Positions 27,783 through 39,000 of a stretch of 64,000 nucleotides of DNA are shown piece by piece (position 1 is the first letter of the stretch; each line of letters opens with the position of its first letter). The DNA lies in contig JAZNFC010000050.1 of NCBI GenBank assembly GCA_045588935.1, forward strand, positions 12,370-76,369. Direction: 5' to 3'. The notes under the pieces were generated by a model, which made no database searches, was not told the DNA's origin, and saw nothing but the letters and a program-made list of their open reading frames with translations. The position numbers were made by a program, and so were the translations under genes. This DNA is from Alistipes sp. (GTDB lineage: Bacteria; Bacteroidota; Bacteroidia; Bacteroidales; Rikenellaceae).

Positions 27783-27817
27783 CAAAGAGGTAACCGCAGC
27801 CTCACCACGGCTACCCC
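27783..27817 (-). terminator. Hairpin (leaky terminator or stabiliser) between the SusCD unit and the protease modules
   Basis: Minus strand GGGGTAGCCGTGGT-gag-GCTGCGGTTACCTC-TTTG; all 14 positions pair, using G-U wobbles that only work on the minus strand. Confidence 0.6.
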
Positions 27818-27842
27818 ATTCGACAAGTCTTACCGCTTATGA

Positions 27843-30554
27843 CTACATTTTGCTTACAGTTGCATTTACAGTCATAGTAGCCTTGCTGAAATCAGCACTC
27901 AATTCTACTGCAGGCTTCTCTGAAGCAACACGGAAACGCATCGAGGCCTTCACTGCATTATCGGCATTATCATCATCAGTGCCGGTAGTGTCATCGTTAC
28001 CCTCGTTGCCAGTATTGTCATCAACAACGGGCTGCTCCTCGAAGGCATACTCACTCAAGAACTCGAAGGTGGTAGTATCCTTAAGGAGCTCCCAAAGAGT
28101 TACACGGTGAATAACCTCCTTACGCACCTTCTTACCCTCAGCATTTACAGTCTCAACAATCTCCGTATAGTAGTAATACTGCTTGAAGTTAGTGTATAAC
28201 GTATCAGGCACATAAACATCACCCTCCTTCTTAAGGAAGATAACCATAGTATCATAAGGATCCGCATACTTCGTATCTACGCAGCTTGCGAATGCCCACC
28301 ACTGCGACTTCGCGGGATTGTACTCCTCGAGACCCACAGCGAACAACGAGCCATAGCCCTCATATCCCTTCACCTGACCATTGAGAAGGATAGCACCTGA
28401 CTCACCCAGGTCGGGACGGAACTCACCGTAGAAGGTGTAGCTCTCTGAACGTGAACGGAAGAAGTCGTCAGTCTCCTTTCCGGCCTCGAAGTTAGCCTTA
28501 TCCAATACAGGAGCAGGAACAGTCACCATGATGAGCTTGCTTGCATCCTCTGGCTCATCATAGTATGTTGCACTGGGATGGAATGTGAACTCCACCTCGT
28601 ACTTCTTGTTCACTACATTACCATCGGCATCAACCTTAACCTCACCTGTCTCGTCTGTCTCGGGAGCCTCGCATGCCACCTTGTAAGTACCAACCTTGAA
28701 CTCTGCCTCATAACCCTCGGTATAACCATAAGGCTTGGTTACAACCTCAGCCTCAACATAATCGGTCTTACCATAGATAGAGGTAGTCTGCAACATTACG
28801 ACATACTTGGTACCGGGGATAAGATCCTGGAGAACACTCAACGTAGTTGAGCCGTTGCCCTTCTTGAGATAATCAATGATAGTCGAGCCATTAGCACCAT
28901 ACTGGGCTACGAACTCCTCACGAGTCTCAACACCATAAGCCTCCATATAGGTCTCGATATCCTTCACCGAGCCGGCATAGTAACGCATATCCGAGATATA
29001 ATCGAAATCGTCGTTACTAAAAGTAACAGCCTGATAGTACTCCTCGGGACGTATGCCATGATTCTCAAATTCCATCGCGACAAACTCGATAGTTGTCTGT
29101 GCAATAGTAGGAACATCCGTGTCATCATTTACGGCGCGATAGTAGAAGTAGGTAGATACGATCTCGTCAACCTGTGCATTACCCTTTTCATCGTAAGGCA
29201 CTGCAAATACGGTATAGATACCTGCAGTATCCTGATAGATATACCAAGAGAGCTGGTTACGAGAGGCAACGACCATATTATTCTCATCCCACAAGGGATC
29301 CTCCTCGTCGGTAGGATCGGCCTTCATAAGATTATCAATATTCTCATTAAGAGCAGTCGTAGCATTCATACCTACACCTGTGGTTACGTAGATATCCTGC
29401 TTACCGGGGACAACAACATAACGGAAGTTTGCAACATCAGCACCTACACCGAAGCCAATCATACCGTAAGTCTCTGCACCATTAGCAGAAGACATCATAC
29501 CACCGAAGGCTACAGACATGCTGTAATCCAAGATGCTGATACCGGGGAAGACGAACTTGGTGTTTGTGTTGTCGATGTAGCCACCGGTGATCTGGCCACC
29601 AAGCTCTACACCCCACAAAGCAGTGTTGGCAGCACATGTGATAGTACCAATAGGCTCACCCTCGAAGCCGGCGATCTTCTCACCCTCAAACTCCTCAAGA
29701 ACGATACCTGCATGGTAGATGTCGCCAGCATTACTATCGAATGACCACAGATACAACTTATCTGAATCGCCACCTACATACTCACCCCAGCCGACAACCT
29801 CAAAACCGGTGAAGCTGGGCATAAGAGCAATCTTACGCTCCGCCTCGGGAGTCTCAGATGTACCCATACGAACATCAATCATAAGGTAAGCGTCATCCTT
29901 TGCGAACTTCATATCGCCGGGAACACCACCAATGATAGATACAACGTTATCTACAGAGTAAGCATTCTTAACACGATATACGTTAGCACGAGACTCACTC
30001 TCCTCATAAACAGCCTTCACGGCAACACCTGAATTAACACCATACAACATGCTTACAAGACCGTCGAAGTAGTAACCCTCACCAATCTCCTTCCATGTCT
30101 CGGGAATACCAATCTGAATGTTACGACGTGAAAGACCATAGTTACCATGGTACTCTGCGTTGCTAATCATAATCTCCGCATCGAACAACTCTCCAATAGT
30201 CAGCTTTCCAACCATATCCTTCGAGAGGTAAATCTCAAGGTAACCTACAGTCTCACCCTCCTCGAAGATAACGCTGGGTGCAAATGTAAACCAGTTGTTC
30301 TCGGGGATCTCAAAGATAGGATCGATCATTCGACCACGAATCTCAACCTCCATCTCGTCACCTGCCACCTTACGGTAAACAGGGTACTTTGCGACTGATC
30401 CATCCACCTCAAAGGCTGCTACATCAACATCTACGGGCAGATATACACTCTGCGGCGAATCTACAGCTCCGGGAGTCCAATCCTCCTGACAAGCTGTAAA
30501 CGCGCTTGCAGCGAGCATCGCTAAAGCCACGAATAAAAACTTTATATTTTTCAT
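27843..30554 (-). CDS. Large surface lipoprotein of unknown function (SusE-position; Ig/FN3-like modules)
   Basis: Lipobox FTAC plus acidic QEDW; beta-rich sequence with FN3-like strands (AGIYTVFAVPYDEKG, PGTKYVVMLQ); acidic low-complexity tail. Confidence 0.75.
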   Translation of the reverse strand: MKNIKFLFVALAMLAASAFTACQEDWTPGAVDSPQSVYLPVDVDVAAFEVDGSVAKYPVYRKVAGDEMEVEIRGRMIDPIFEIPENNWFTFAPSVIFEEGETVGYLEIYLSKDMVGKLTIGELFDAEIMISNAEYHGNYGLSRRNIQIGIPETWKEIGEGYYFDGLVSMLYGVNSGVAVKAVYEESESRANVYRVKNAYSVDNVVSIIGGVPGDMKFAKDDAYLMIDVRMGTSETPEAERKIALMPSFTGFEVVGWGEYVGGDSDKLYLWSFDSNAGDIYHAGIVLEEFEGEKIAGFEGEPIGTITCAANTALWGVELGGQITGGYIDNTNTKFVFPGISILDYSMSVAFGGMMSSANGAETYGMIGFGVGADVANFRYVVVPGKQDIYVTTGVGMNATTALNENIDNLMKADPTDEEDPLWDENNMVVASRNQLSWYIYQDTAGIYTVFAVPYDEKGNAQVDEIVSTYFYYRAVNDDTDVPTIAQTTIEFVAMEFENHGIRPEEYYQAVTFSNDDFDYISDMRYYAGSVKDIETYMEAYGVETREEFVAQYGANGSTIIDYLKKGNGSTTLSVLQDLIPGTKYVVMLQTTSIYGKTDYVEAEVVTKPYGYTEGYEAEFKVGTYKVACEAPETDETGEVKVDADGNVVNKKYEVEFTFHPSATYYDEPEDASKLIMVTVPAPVLDKANFEAGKETDDFFRSRSESYTFYGEFRPDLGESGAILLNGQVKGYEGYGSLFAVGLEEYNPAKSQWWAFASCVDTKYADPYDTMVIFLKKEGDVYVPDTLYTNFKQYYYYTEIVETVNAEGKKVRKEVIHRVTLWELLKDTTTFEFLSEYAFEEQPVVDDNTGNEGNDDTTGTDDDNADNAVKASMRFRVASEKPAVELSADFSKATMTVNATVSKM

Positions 30555-30591
30555 ACTCTTATATATTTTCAGTTAATAATAGACATTAACA

Positions 30592-32322
30592 TTAGATAGC
30601 ATCCTTTGATACGATACCACGTGAAGGATCGGGACCCTCCGAGCCCTGGATCGCAGTGTTTACGGTTGACTCGCCCGAGGGGATAGGCATATTCCACCAA
30701 GGAAGACGACCATCAGACTCGAACAACATACCCGAAGGATAGTTAGCATCTGTAGTATTAACACCCATGTTCAAGCGCTTCATATCGAAGAGAACGATAC
30801 CCTCGCCCCAGAACTCAACCTGCTTGTGGAAGATAATCTCGTCGAGAAGCTCACCCTGCGATACATAACCGCTGACACGTGTAGCAATGAACTCGTTGAA
30901 CAGAGTCTGCGCATTTCCTCCCGTGTGGCACAATGCCTCCATCTCGATGAAGTAAAGCTCCTCAAGACGCATGATAGGAAGTGATATGGCATTTGCTGTC
31001 ATATAGTCCACACGCTCGCCCATGTTAGGACGGAACTTGAAGTTAGTGTAAGGTGCACGCCATGCGATCTCCTCCCACTCGGCCTGGCCCATAGAGGTAT
31101 AAGATGCAAAGTCTGCATACTTCTTATCGGGACCGGCGATAATCTTCTTACGGAAGTCCGAATTCTGAAGACGATTGTACATAGTCTCCGAAACACCGGG
31201 GCAAGCCAAAGGACCATAGCCGTATGAGGCCTCGGGACACATGTGTGCCGCGAAAGCATACAAGTTCGACATAACGGTATCGGTTGACTGTACCGTAGCC
31301 CAAAGCCATGACTTAACAACAGTGTTGAAGCCTGAAGAGGGATTAGTCCACTCATACTCGCTCATTAACGTAGCACCGGCCAACTCCTCTGCGGTATCAA
31401 TAGCCAAACGAGCATACTCGGCAGCCTTTGCATAAGCATCATTGCCTGTGGGCAACTTGCCAGAGTGCGCATCGTTAGTGAAGTCCTCACAACCCAACCA
31501 CAAGTAAGCACGAGCATAAAGGCCGTAAACAACCTCCAATGTAGGATAGGTAGGTGTAGAACGATAGATATCAGACTTGGGAGCCTCTGCACCCTCCTCT
31601 ACCTCGGGATAGTCATAACCCTTGAAGATGCCCTCGGCATAAGCCAAGTCCTCGAAGATGAAGTTGAAGAGCTCCTCACGTGTAGCACGAGGATTAGACT
31701 TTGCTGCAGACTCATTGGTCTCCTCCGTTACGATAGGTACGGTCAAGCCATAAACACGCTCAAGACCGCTCTCATACTGGGGAAGCTCGGGAGCCTTAGC
31801 CTTCAATGCCTCATAGTAGCGAGCCAAGTCGAGGTAGTACAACGCACGGAATGTACGTGCAATAGCACCCATAACCTGATACTCCGCATTATCAGAACCC
31901 TTAACGGCACCAATTACGTCGTTAGCATTCTTGATGAAGGGATAGTAGTTATACCACAAGTAGTGAGTATAACCACCCTGCGAGCCCATATCAAAACCGT
32001 AGTTAGGAGCCTGCAGACGTGAGTAAAAGACATTACCACCACGGTCGGAACGAACACAAGGGAACGCAATCAAAGCATGGTGATCCATGTGTGCGCCAAT
32101 TGAGTGGTAACCAAAGTCAGAGTGATCGTACGAAGTAGCTACGTGGAAAGCCATAGAGGCAGGAACTGCCTTCAACATTGTCTCTACACCGGCACCACTT
32201 TCGCTGAGCTGACCTTCAGTAATAGCACCCTCATAAGGCACAATATCCTTGATACAGCCGCTGAGAGCGAGCGTCGCTACAAGGGCAACGGCTGTGGCCT
32301 TAAGTATCTTATTTACTTTCAT
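30592..32322 (-). CDS. susD: RagB/SusD family outer-membrane lipoprotein
   Basis: Lipobox LSGC; RALYYLDL, LYARAYLW, MRLEELYFIEMEA and VEFWGEGIVLFDMKR motifs. Start MKVNK at 32322 (ORF extends to 32334). Confidence 0.95.
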   Translation of the reverse strand: MKVNKILKATAVALVATLALSGCIKDIVPYEGAITEGQLSESGAGVETMLKAVPASMAFHVATSYDHSDFGYHSIGAHMDHHALIAFPCVRSDRGGNVFYSRLQAPNYGFDMGSQGGYTHYLWYNYYPFIKNANDVIGAVKGSDNAEYQVMGAIARTFRALYYLDLARYYEALKAKAPELPQYESGLERVYGLTVPIVTEETNESAAKSNPRATREELFNFIFEDLAYAEGIFKGYDYPEVEEGAEAPKSDIYRSTPTYPTLEVVYGLYARAYLWLGCEDFTNDAHSGKLPTGNDAYAKAAEYARLAIDTAEELAGATLMSEYEWTNPSSGFNTVVKSWLWATVQSTDTVMSNLYAFAAHMCPEASYGYGPLACPGVSETMYNRLQNSDFRKKIIAGPDKKYADFASYTSMGQAEWEEIAWRAPYTNFKFRPNMGERVDYMTANAISLPIMRLEELYFIEMEALCHTGGNAQTLFNEFIATRVSGYVSQGELLDEIIFHKQVEFWGEGIVLFDMKRLNMGVNTTDANYPSGMLFESDGRLPWWNMPIPSGESTVNTAIQGSEGPDPSRGIVSKDAI

Positions 32323-32342
32323 AGTCGTAATCATAGTTTATA

Positions 32343-35300
32343 TTAGAAAGTCAGAGTTAGACCGCCCGAAATGGTACGGATAGGTGAGTAGTTTACGTTG
32401 GTAGTACCACCGCTGAAGCTCTGACGAGGATCCAAACCACGACGGCGCGACCAATAGAACACATTGTCACAAGCAACATATATACGCAAGCCTGCAACCT
32501 TAATCTGGTTCATCCACTTCTGGGGGAAGCTATAACCGATATTGATATTAGAGATGTTCAAGTATGAAGCATCGGTAAGGAAACGGTCTGATGTAGCAGC
32601 TGTGTACTGGTCATCATACTGGAAACGAGGAATCTGCGAAGTCTCGTTCTTACCCTTGGTCCATGCCTTCAACAAATCAACGTGATAGTTAGTACCTACA
32701 GAAGTACCGCTGGGCGATGACATGTAGCTTGCATAACCAGAGTCATATACCAAACCGCCAATCTGATAGTCGAATGCAATCGAGAAGTCGAAACCGGCAA
32801 CATACAAGCTGGTGTTGAAACCACCATAGAGGTCAGGTGTTGCACCGCCCTTCAACTTACGCGATGTCTGCTGTGAAGCGTATGAGAACAATGTTGTCTC
32901 ACCCTCCTCGTAAACTGGATTACCATTAGCATCCTCTATGGGGTTACCCTCTGTATCATACTGCTGAATCTTGTAGTACCACTGTGACTCACCATCAGAG
33001 GTCACACCACGATACTCGGGCAAGAACCATGTGTACATAGGAAGACCCTCGGCGATAACCTGTGAGCCGCTGATAAAGCCCTCATAACCGGTAATCTCCT
33101 TAACGATAGCATCCTTACGTACATCAGGCAACTTAAGAACCTTGTTGCGAACGTGTGTCAAGTTAACACCGAATGTCCAAGTGAGGTTACGTGTGCGGAT
33201 AAGGTCTGCACTCAACTCGACCTCGATACCGCGGTTAACCATATCACCGATGTTGTCATAGTATGAAGAGTAACCCATTGAAGGAGCTACGGGTACAGAG
33301 AACAACATGTCAGTAGTCTTACGGTTGAAGAAGTCGATACCACCGGTCAAGCGATCCTGCCAGAAGCCGAACTCAACACCGACGTTAAGGTTGGTGTTGG
33401 TCTCCCATGTGATATTGGGATTACCCTTCTGCGCAAATGATACCGAAACACCACCGGCACCATCGTTACCAATACTATAAATATCGGTATAACGGAATGA
33501 ACCGATAGCATCGTTACCCTGCGAACCGATAGAAGCCTTAAGCTTCAACATGCTTACGAAAGGAGCATAGAACCAAGGCTCACGGTTGATAATCCATGCA
33601 GCACCTACTGACCAGAAGTTACCCCAACGGTGATCAGGGTGGAAGTTAGTAGAAGCATCGCGACGGAATGAAGCCGAAGCAAAGATACGCTCATCGTAGT
33701 TATACTGTGCACGGAAGAAGTAACCCTCGTTGATATACTGACCACGTGATGACGATGCAGAGTTCATATCTACAACGGCACCATTAAGCTCGTTGTTCGA
33801 AGAGTCAAAGATATTTGACTTTGAAGCACCTACGCTATATGACTGGTTTGTGTAGGTCTCGTGACCGAGAAGTACGTCGAGGTTGTGAAGCTCCTCGGCA
33901 CCAATAGTCGTAGTGTAGCTCAACAACTGCTGCAAGTTGTGTGAGTATGAACGTGAATGACCCTTTGACACGATACCACCGTTTGCTACATACTGGCCAT
34001 AGTAGGGGTTAGCCAAAGATGTAGAACGTGTCTCATCAACAGTTACGGCGCCATTGATAGTAAGCTTCAAACCGGGCATGAAGATGAAATCAGCGAAACC
34101 ATTAACACCGAAAGCATTACCCTCCGAGTTAGACTCATCCAACCAGATGTTCTGCAAGGGGTTAGACTGCGAACCGCTTGAACGCATCATACCATTAACG
34201 CTACCATCACCAGAGTCGTAAACAGGCCAGCCATGCTCATCCTTCATAATATTACCCTCACCATCACGAACGAATACGGGGTAGATAGGAGCCATGTTAG
34301 CTACTGCCGAGAATACGTCACCGGTAGAACCATCACCCTCGTTTGAAGATGAAGCACCATTCCAATTGAACTTGGTGTAGTTCATGTTTACACCCACCTT
34401 CAACCACTTCTTGGCCTGGTAGTCGGCACGAAGACGTGCTGTGTAACGCTCCATATCCGAACCATCGGTAATACCCGTGTTATCGAGGTAACCAAACGAT
34501 GCGAAGAAATTAGACTTCTCGGTAGCACCTGCAACACTGATGTTATACTCCTGACGGAATGAGGGATCATACAACTCATCCAACCAATCATCGGGAGTAA
34601 GGTAGAACTCCTTCTCCTCTTTTGTCACCTTATTAGTATAGGTGTACTTGCGACCCAACTTTGCATCGGGGTTAAGTCTTCCATTAGTACCGATAAGGTT
34701 CTGACCAGATGGCACCTCATATACGTTGTAACCCAAACCACCAATCTCGTTAGATGTCAAAGTAGATACAGCCTTGCTGTAAGCAGTGGGAGCATCGTTA
34801 CCCTGATCGAGGAAGTAGTTATACAACGCAGCATAGTGCATTTCATAGTACTGACCGGGATCCTTCACGTAGTCGTAAGTCTGACGAGCACGAGTGTTAA
34901 CACCCCACTTGGCATCGAACGTCACGCGAGCATCACCTGCCGAAGCACGCTTCGTAGTTACCATGATGACACCGTTAGCACCACGAGCACCATAAAGTGC
35001 ATTAGATGCAGCATCCTTCAAGACGGTCATCGACTCGATATCGGCCATGTTAAGGTTGTTAAGGTCACCCTCATAAGGCACACCATCCACAACCCACAAG
35101 GGAGCCTGACCCGCGTTGATTGAACCGAAACCACGGATACGAATCGAGGGGCCCGAGCCAAGTGAACCTGAACTTGACGATGTCTGAAGACCGGCAACCT
35201 TACCAACAAGGGCACTTGCTGCCGACGACGACTGCGTCTTTAACAGATCCTCCGACTTGATAACCTTTGCAGAACCGGTGAAGGCCTCCTTCTTTGCAGT

Positions 35301-35633
35301 ACCGAACGCCTGCACGATGACCTCCTCAATCTGCTCCGAATCGGCAAGAAGGACTACATCGACAGTCGAACGACCTGCTACTGCAACTGTCTGCGTCTGC
35401 AAACCAAGGTACGAGAATACCAAGTTTGAGTCAGACGAAGCTGCAATCTCATAACAACCGGCAACGTCGGTAGTAGTACCTCGAGATGTTCCCTCGACTA
35501 CAACCGCTGCTCCGATGACCGGCATACCGGTCTCATCGGTCACTGTACCGGTAACACGCTGACCTTGTGCGAATGCACCGAAGCATCCCAAGACCAGAGT
35601 TGCAACCATAGATAGTACAACTTTTCTAACCAT
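32343..35633 (-). CDS. susC: SusC/RagA family TonB-dependent transporter
   Basis: N-terminal carboxypeptidase-like domain; plug motifs IRIRGFGSINAG and VLKDAASNALYGARGANGVIMVTTK; GNPNITWET; C-terminal GLTLTF. Start 35633 or 35639. Confidence 0.97.
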   Translation of the reverse strand: MVRKVVLSMVATLVLGCFGAFAQGQRVTGTVTDETGMPVIGAAVVVEGTSRGTTTDVAGCYEIAASSDSNLVFSYLGLQTQTVAVAGRSTVDVVLLADSEQIEEVIVQAFGTAKKEAFTGSAKVIKSEDLLKTQSSSAASALVGKVAGLQTSSSSGSLGSGPSIRIRGFGSINAGQAPLWVVDGVPYEGDLNNLNMADIESMTVLKDAASNALYGARGANGVIMVTTKRASAGDARVTFDAKWGVNTRARQTYDYVKDPGQYYEMHYAALYNYFLDQGNDAPTAYSKAVSTLTSNEIGGLGYNVYEVPSGQNLIGTNGRLNPDAKLGRKYTYTNKVTKEEKEFYLTPDDWLDELYDPSFRQEYNISVAGATEKSNFFASFGYLDNTGITDGSDMERYTARLRADYQAKKWLKVGVNMNYTKFNWNGASSSNEGDGSTGDVFSAVANMAPIYPVFVRDGEGNIMKDEHGWPVYDSGDGSVNGMMRSSGSQSNPLQNIWLDESNSEGNAFGVNGFADFIFMPGLKLTINGAVTVDETRSTSLANPYYGQYVANGGIVSKGHSRSYSHNLQQLLSYTTTIGAEELHNLDVLLGHETYTNQSYSVGASKSNIFDSSNNELNGAVVDMNSASSSRGQYINEGYFFRAQYNYDERIFASASFRRDASTNFHPDHRWGNFWSVGAAWIINREPWFYAPFVSMLKLKASIGSQGNDAIGSFRYTDIYSIGNDGAGGVSVSFAQKGNPNITWETNTNLNVGVEFGFWQDRLTGGIDFFNRKTTDMLFSVPVAPSMGYSSYYDNIGDMVNRGIEVELSADLIRTRNLTWTFGVNLTHVRNKVLKLPDVRKDAIVKEITGYEGFISGSQVIAEGLPMYTWFLPEYRGVTSDGESQWYYKIQQYDTEGNPIEDANGNPVYEEGETTLFSYASQQTSRKLKGGATPDLYGGFNTSLYVAGFDFSIAFDYQIGGLVYDSGYASYMSSPSGTSVGTNYHVDLLKAWTKGKNETSQIPRFQYDDQYTAATSDRFLTDASYLNISNINIGYSFPQKWMNQIKVAGLRIYVACDNVFYWSRRRGLDPRQSFSGGTTNVNYSPIRTISGGLTLTF

Positions 35634-35694
35634 AAGCATTAGTTTTTAGTAATAAAGTTTTATAAGTTTCGTTTTTTCGCGTAAAGTTAACGCA

Positions 35695-35725
35695 CAAAGA
35701 TAATCCAATAAATTGGAATATCAAA
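35695..35725 (-). promoter_or_regulatory. -33/-7 promoter for the left SusCD locus
   Basis: TATCTTTG (35695-35702) and TTTG (35722-35725) on the minus strand. Confidence 0.65.
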
Positions 35726-35966
35726 AAAACCTCAACTATTTTTTCTCTTTTGCAGGGTTTTTGCGTCACATACTTCTTCAACCAATCGACAGTATCACAA
35801 TTTCACAACAATTTAAATATCAATACATAATCATTCATATCTCACAAACCGTCAGAGCCTGTACAGCATGTGTGTTGCATATTTATGCGTTATTCCACTT
35901 TTTTACTCTCGGAGATTATGGTTCGGACGTGAGTAAAAAACTGCTAAAAAAAACTCAAAAAAATGC

Positions 35967-35996
35967 TTGCGATTTCATTTTTTTATCTTATTTTTG
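35967..35996 (+). promoter_or_regulatory. -33/-7 promoter for the Oar-type receptor
   Basis: TTG at 35967 and TATTTTTG at 35989-35996. Confidence 0.55.
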
Positions 35997-36073
35997 CACC
36001 GCTCTGTATTGTTAAGTACAGAGGTTTTAGTTACCAAACCTGACACATAAATAGTGTCCCTAAATCACAACCT

Positions 36074-39000
36074 ATGAAGCGACTGCTTTTATGCGCCGCC
36101 CTGTTCCTATTTGCGGCAGTGGCGACAGCACAGGTCACCACCTCGACAATACGAGGCCGAGTGACGACATTTGAGACTCCCTTGCACAGTGCGACAATCG
36201 TCGCCAAGCATCTGCCCTCGGGCACATCTTACGGCACAACAACCAACGCCGAAGGCTACTTCTCCATCAACGGAATGCGCGTGGGAGGCCCCTATACAAT
36301 CACCTTCTCATACATTGGTTATCAGAGTGTTGAGTATAATGACGTGGAGTTAAAGATGGGCTCGCCCATGACCCTCGATGTAACCCTGAAGGAGGATACT
36401 CTCGAGATGGATGATGTCGTTATTGTCGGCACACATGACACCCCCACTGCCACCACCTCTTTTTCACGTCATGCCATGGAGATTATGCCCTCGGTGGATC
36501 GTTCTATATATGATCTCACGAAGCTCATGCCCGGAGCTGTAAGCCCCAAGGCCGGAGGTATCGTTCTCTCGGGCCAGAGCACACGAAACAACGCCTTCAC
36601 CATCGATGGAACATCGGCTGCCGACATCTACGGATTGGGCACAACGGGCATGACAGGCTCACTAACCAATGCCAACCCCATTCCGCTCGATGCCTTGGCG
36701 ATGGTCGAGTTCAGCACCGCGAGCGTGGATATGCGCTCAAGCGGACATACGGGCGGCAGTATTAATGCCGTCACACGCTCGGGTGACAACGAGTTCAAGG
36801 GCTCGGCATACAGCTACTACAACAACGAACACTTCTACGGCACAACACCCGGAGCCGATATCAAGGAGCGCACACGCCTTACCGAGCAGTCGTCATCAAT
36901 CTATGGTCTCACCTTTGGAGGCCCGATAATCAAGAATAAGCTCTTCTTCTTCGTGGCGGGCGAGTTCAATCGCGGCACCACCCCATCGGCAAATCACCCC
37001 ACAGACCCCAACTCGGCAATCACGCTCGATGAGGCAAAGGCTATATCTGCTCATTATAAGAAGCTTACAGGGTATGATGGCGGTGGCTACAACGGCCACA
37101 ATATCGAGGCTCTAACCGGCTCGGCCGTGGCCCGCATAGATTGGAATATCAACGACAAAAACCATCTGTCGCTGCGTTACAATATGCTTCATGCCGATGC
37201 CGATGCCTCGTCAAATACGGCACAAGCATACTACTTCCGTGGTGCCGAGTACACCAATATCAACCGCACACACTCGGCTGTTGCCGAGCTTCACAGCTCC
37301 GACACGTGGGGTACGAACAACCTCCGCATAGGATACACCTACTTGCGCGACGGTCGCACCACGCCCGAGGCTCTGCCTGCGGTTATTATCAATGGATTAG
37401 GCTCAAAGGGCAATGGCTCGGCAACAATCGGCACAAACCCCTACTCGGGTTGCAATACACTCACGCAGAACATCCTCATCGTGAGCGATGATGTGACGCT
37501 GATGCGAGGCCGACACACCATCACCATCGGCACCTCAAACGAGTTCTACCGCGCCGACAATCTCTACCTCGCAAATGCCCGAGGCACATATACTTACGGC
37601 TCACTCAACGACTTCCTTGCCGAGAATGGCTCTACAGCAGGACATGCCATGCAGTATGCCTATAACTACTTCGTTGACGGCAAACGCAATCCGCCGATGA
37701 ATATGGCGCAGTTTGCCATTTATGCACAAGATGAGGTGGAACTCGCCAAGCAACTGCACCTGACATATGGTCTTCGCATAGATATACCAGTGATGTTCGA
37801 CACACCTGTAGCCAATGACGACTTCAACAAGAGTTCGTTTGCCACCGATTATGGTACACTTACGGGTGATATACCACGCACACAGCTGCTCTTCTCACCC
37901 CGCATAGGCGTCGAGTGGCTGCACGAAGGTCTTACGCTGCGTGGTAGCGCAGGTATATATACCGGCCGTGTTCCCTTCGTATGGCTTGCCAACTGCTACC
38001 AGAATACAGGCTTACGCTCGGCAGGTGTCACCGTGAAGAACCAAAGCGACACCCCCGCCTTCAGCACCTCACCCGAGAGCGTAGGCAAGAAGGGTAACCC
38101 TGCGATAGATGTCGTAGATAGCAAGTTCCACTATCCGCAGGTCTTCCGCATAGCCGCCACGGCACGCTATACGATAGGAGGCCTTTCAATGCAACTCGAT
38201 GCCGATTATAGCAAGGGCATCAACAACTTGGCTGTCGAGAACCTTGTAGCTAAAGATGTGGGCAACCGACTCTTTGTCGGCGGCGAAGATAACACCACAT
38301 CGACGACCTACTACACCTCGAATACCACCAACTACTCGGCCGTATATCGTCTAAAGAATACACATCAGGGCTATGCATGGTCGGCCACGGCACGCCTCGA
38401 GTATAACTTCGCAAATGTAGCTCCCGGATTGAAGGCCATGGCGGCATATACCTACGCACAATCGAAGAGCATAAACGACGGTATCTCGGCGCAGTCGTCA
38501 TCGAATTGGGGTCGTACCTATGCCGTAGATAGCAACAACCCCGCCCTGGCGGCCTCGGTTTATGAGTTTCCACACAAGGTGATTGCCATGGTTGAATATT
38601 CACGCCGCTACGGGCTCTTCGGCACCAACATAATGTTGCTTTATAATGGCTTTTCGGGCGAGCACTACTCTCTAACCTATGCCAAGGGCAAGGTGGATGT
38701 CAATGGCGACAGCTACCTTGGCAACTCACTGATTTACATCCCAACAAAGGAGGAGATGAACACCATGCTTTGGGCCGATGACACCTCTATGGCTGCCTTC
38801 GAGAAGTATATCTCATCAGATAAATATCTTCTTTCTCACCGTGGTAAGTTTGCCGAGCGCAACTCACACTCTCTACCCTTTGAGAGCCGCCTCGACCTGC
38901 ACATTGCGCAGTCATTCTACTTCGACCGTAAGAGCAGCCGTCGTGTGGAGCTCTCACTCGATATCATTAACCTCGGCAACCTCCTCTCGCGCTCATGGGG

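Noticed and set aside
35640-36073. Invertible (phase-variable) promoter upstream of susC, also checked at 41290-41690
   Set aside because: I found no convincing inverted repeats flanking the promoters and no recombinase in the window.
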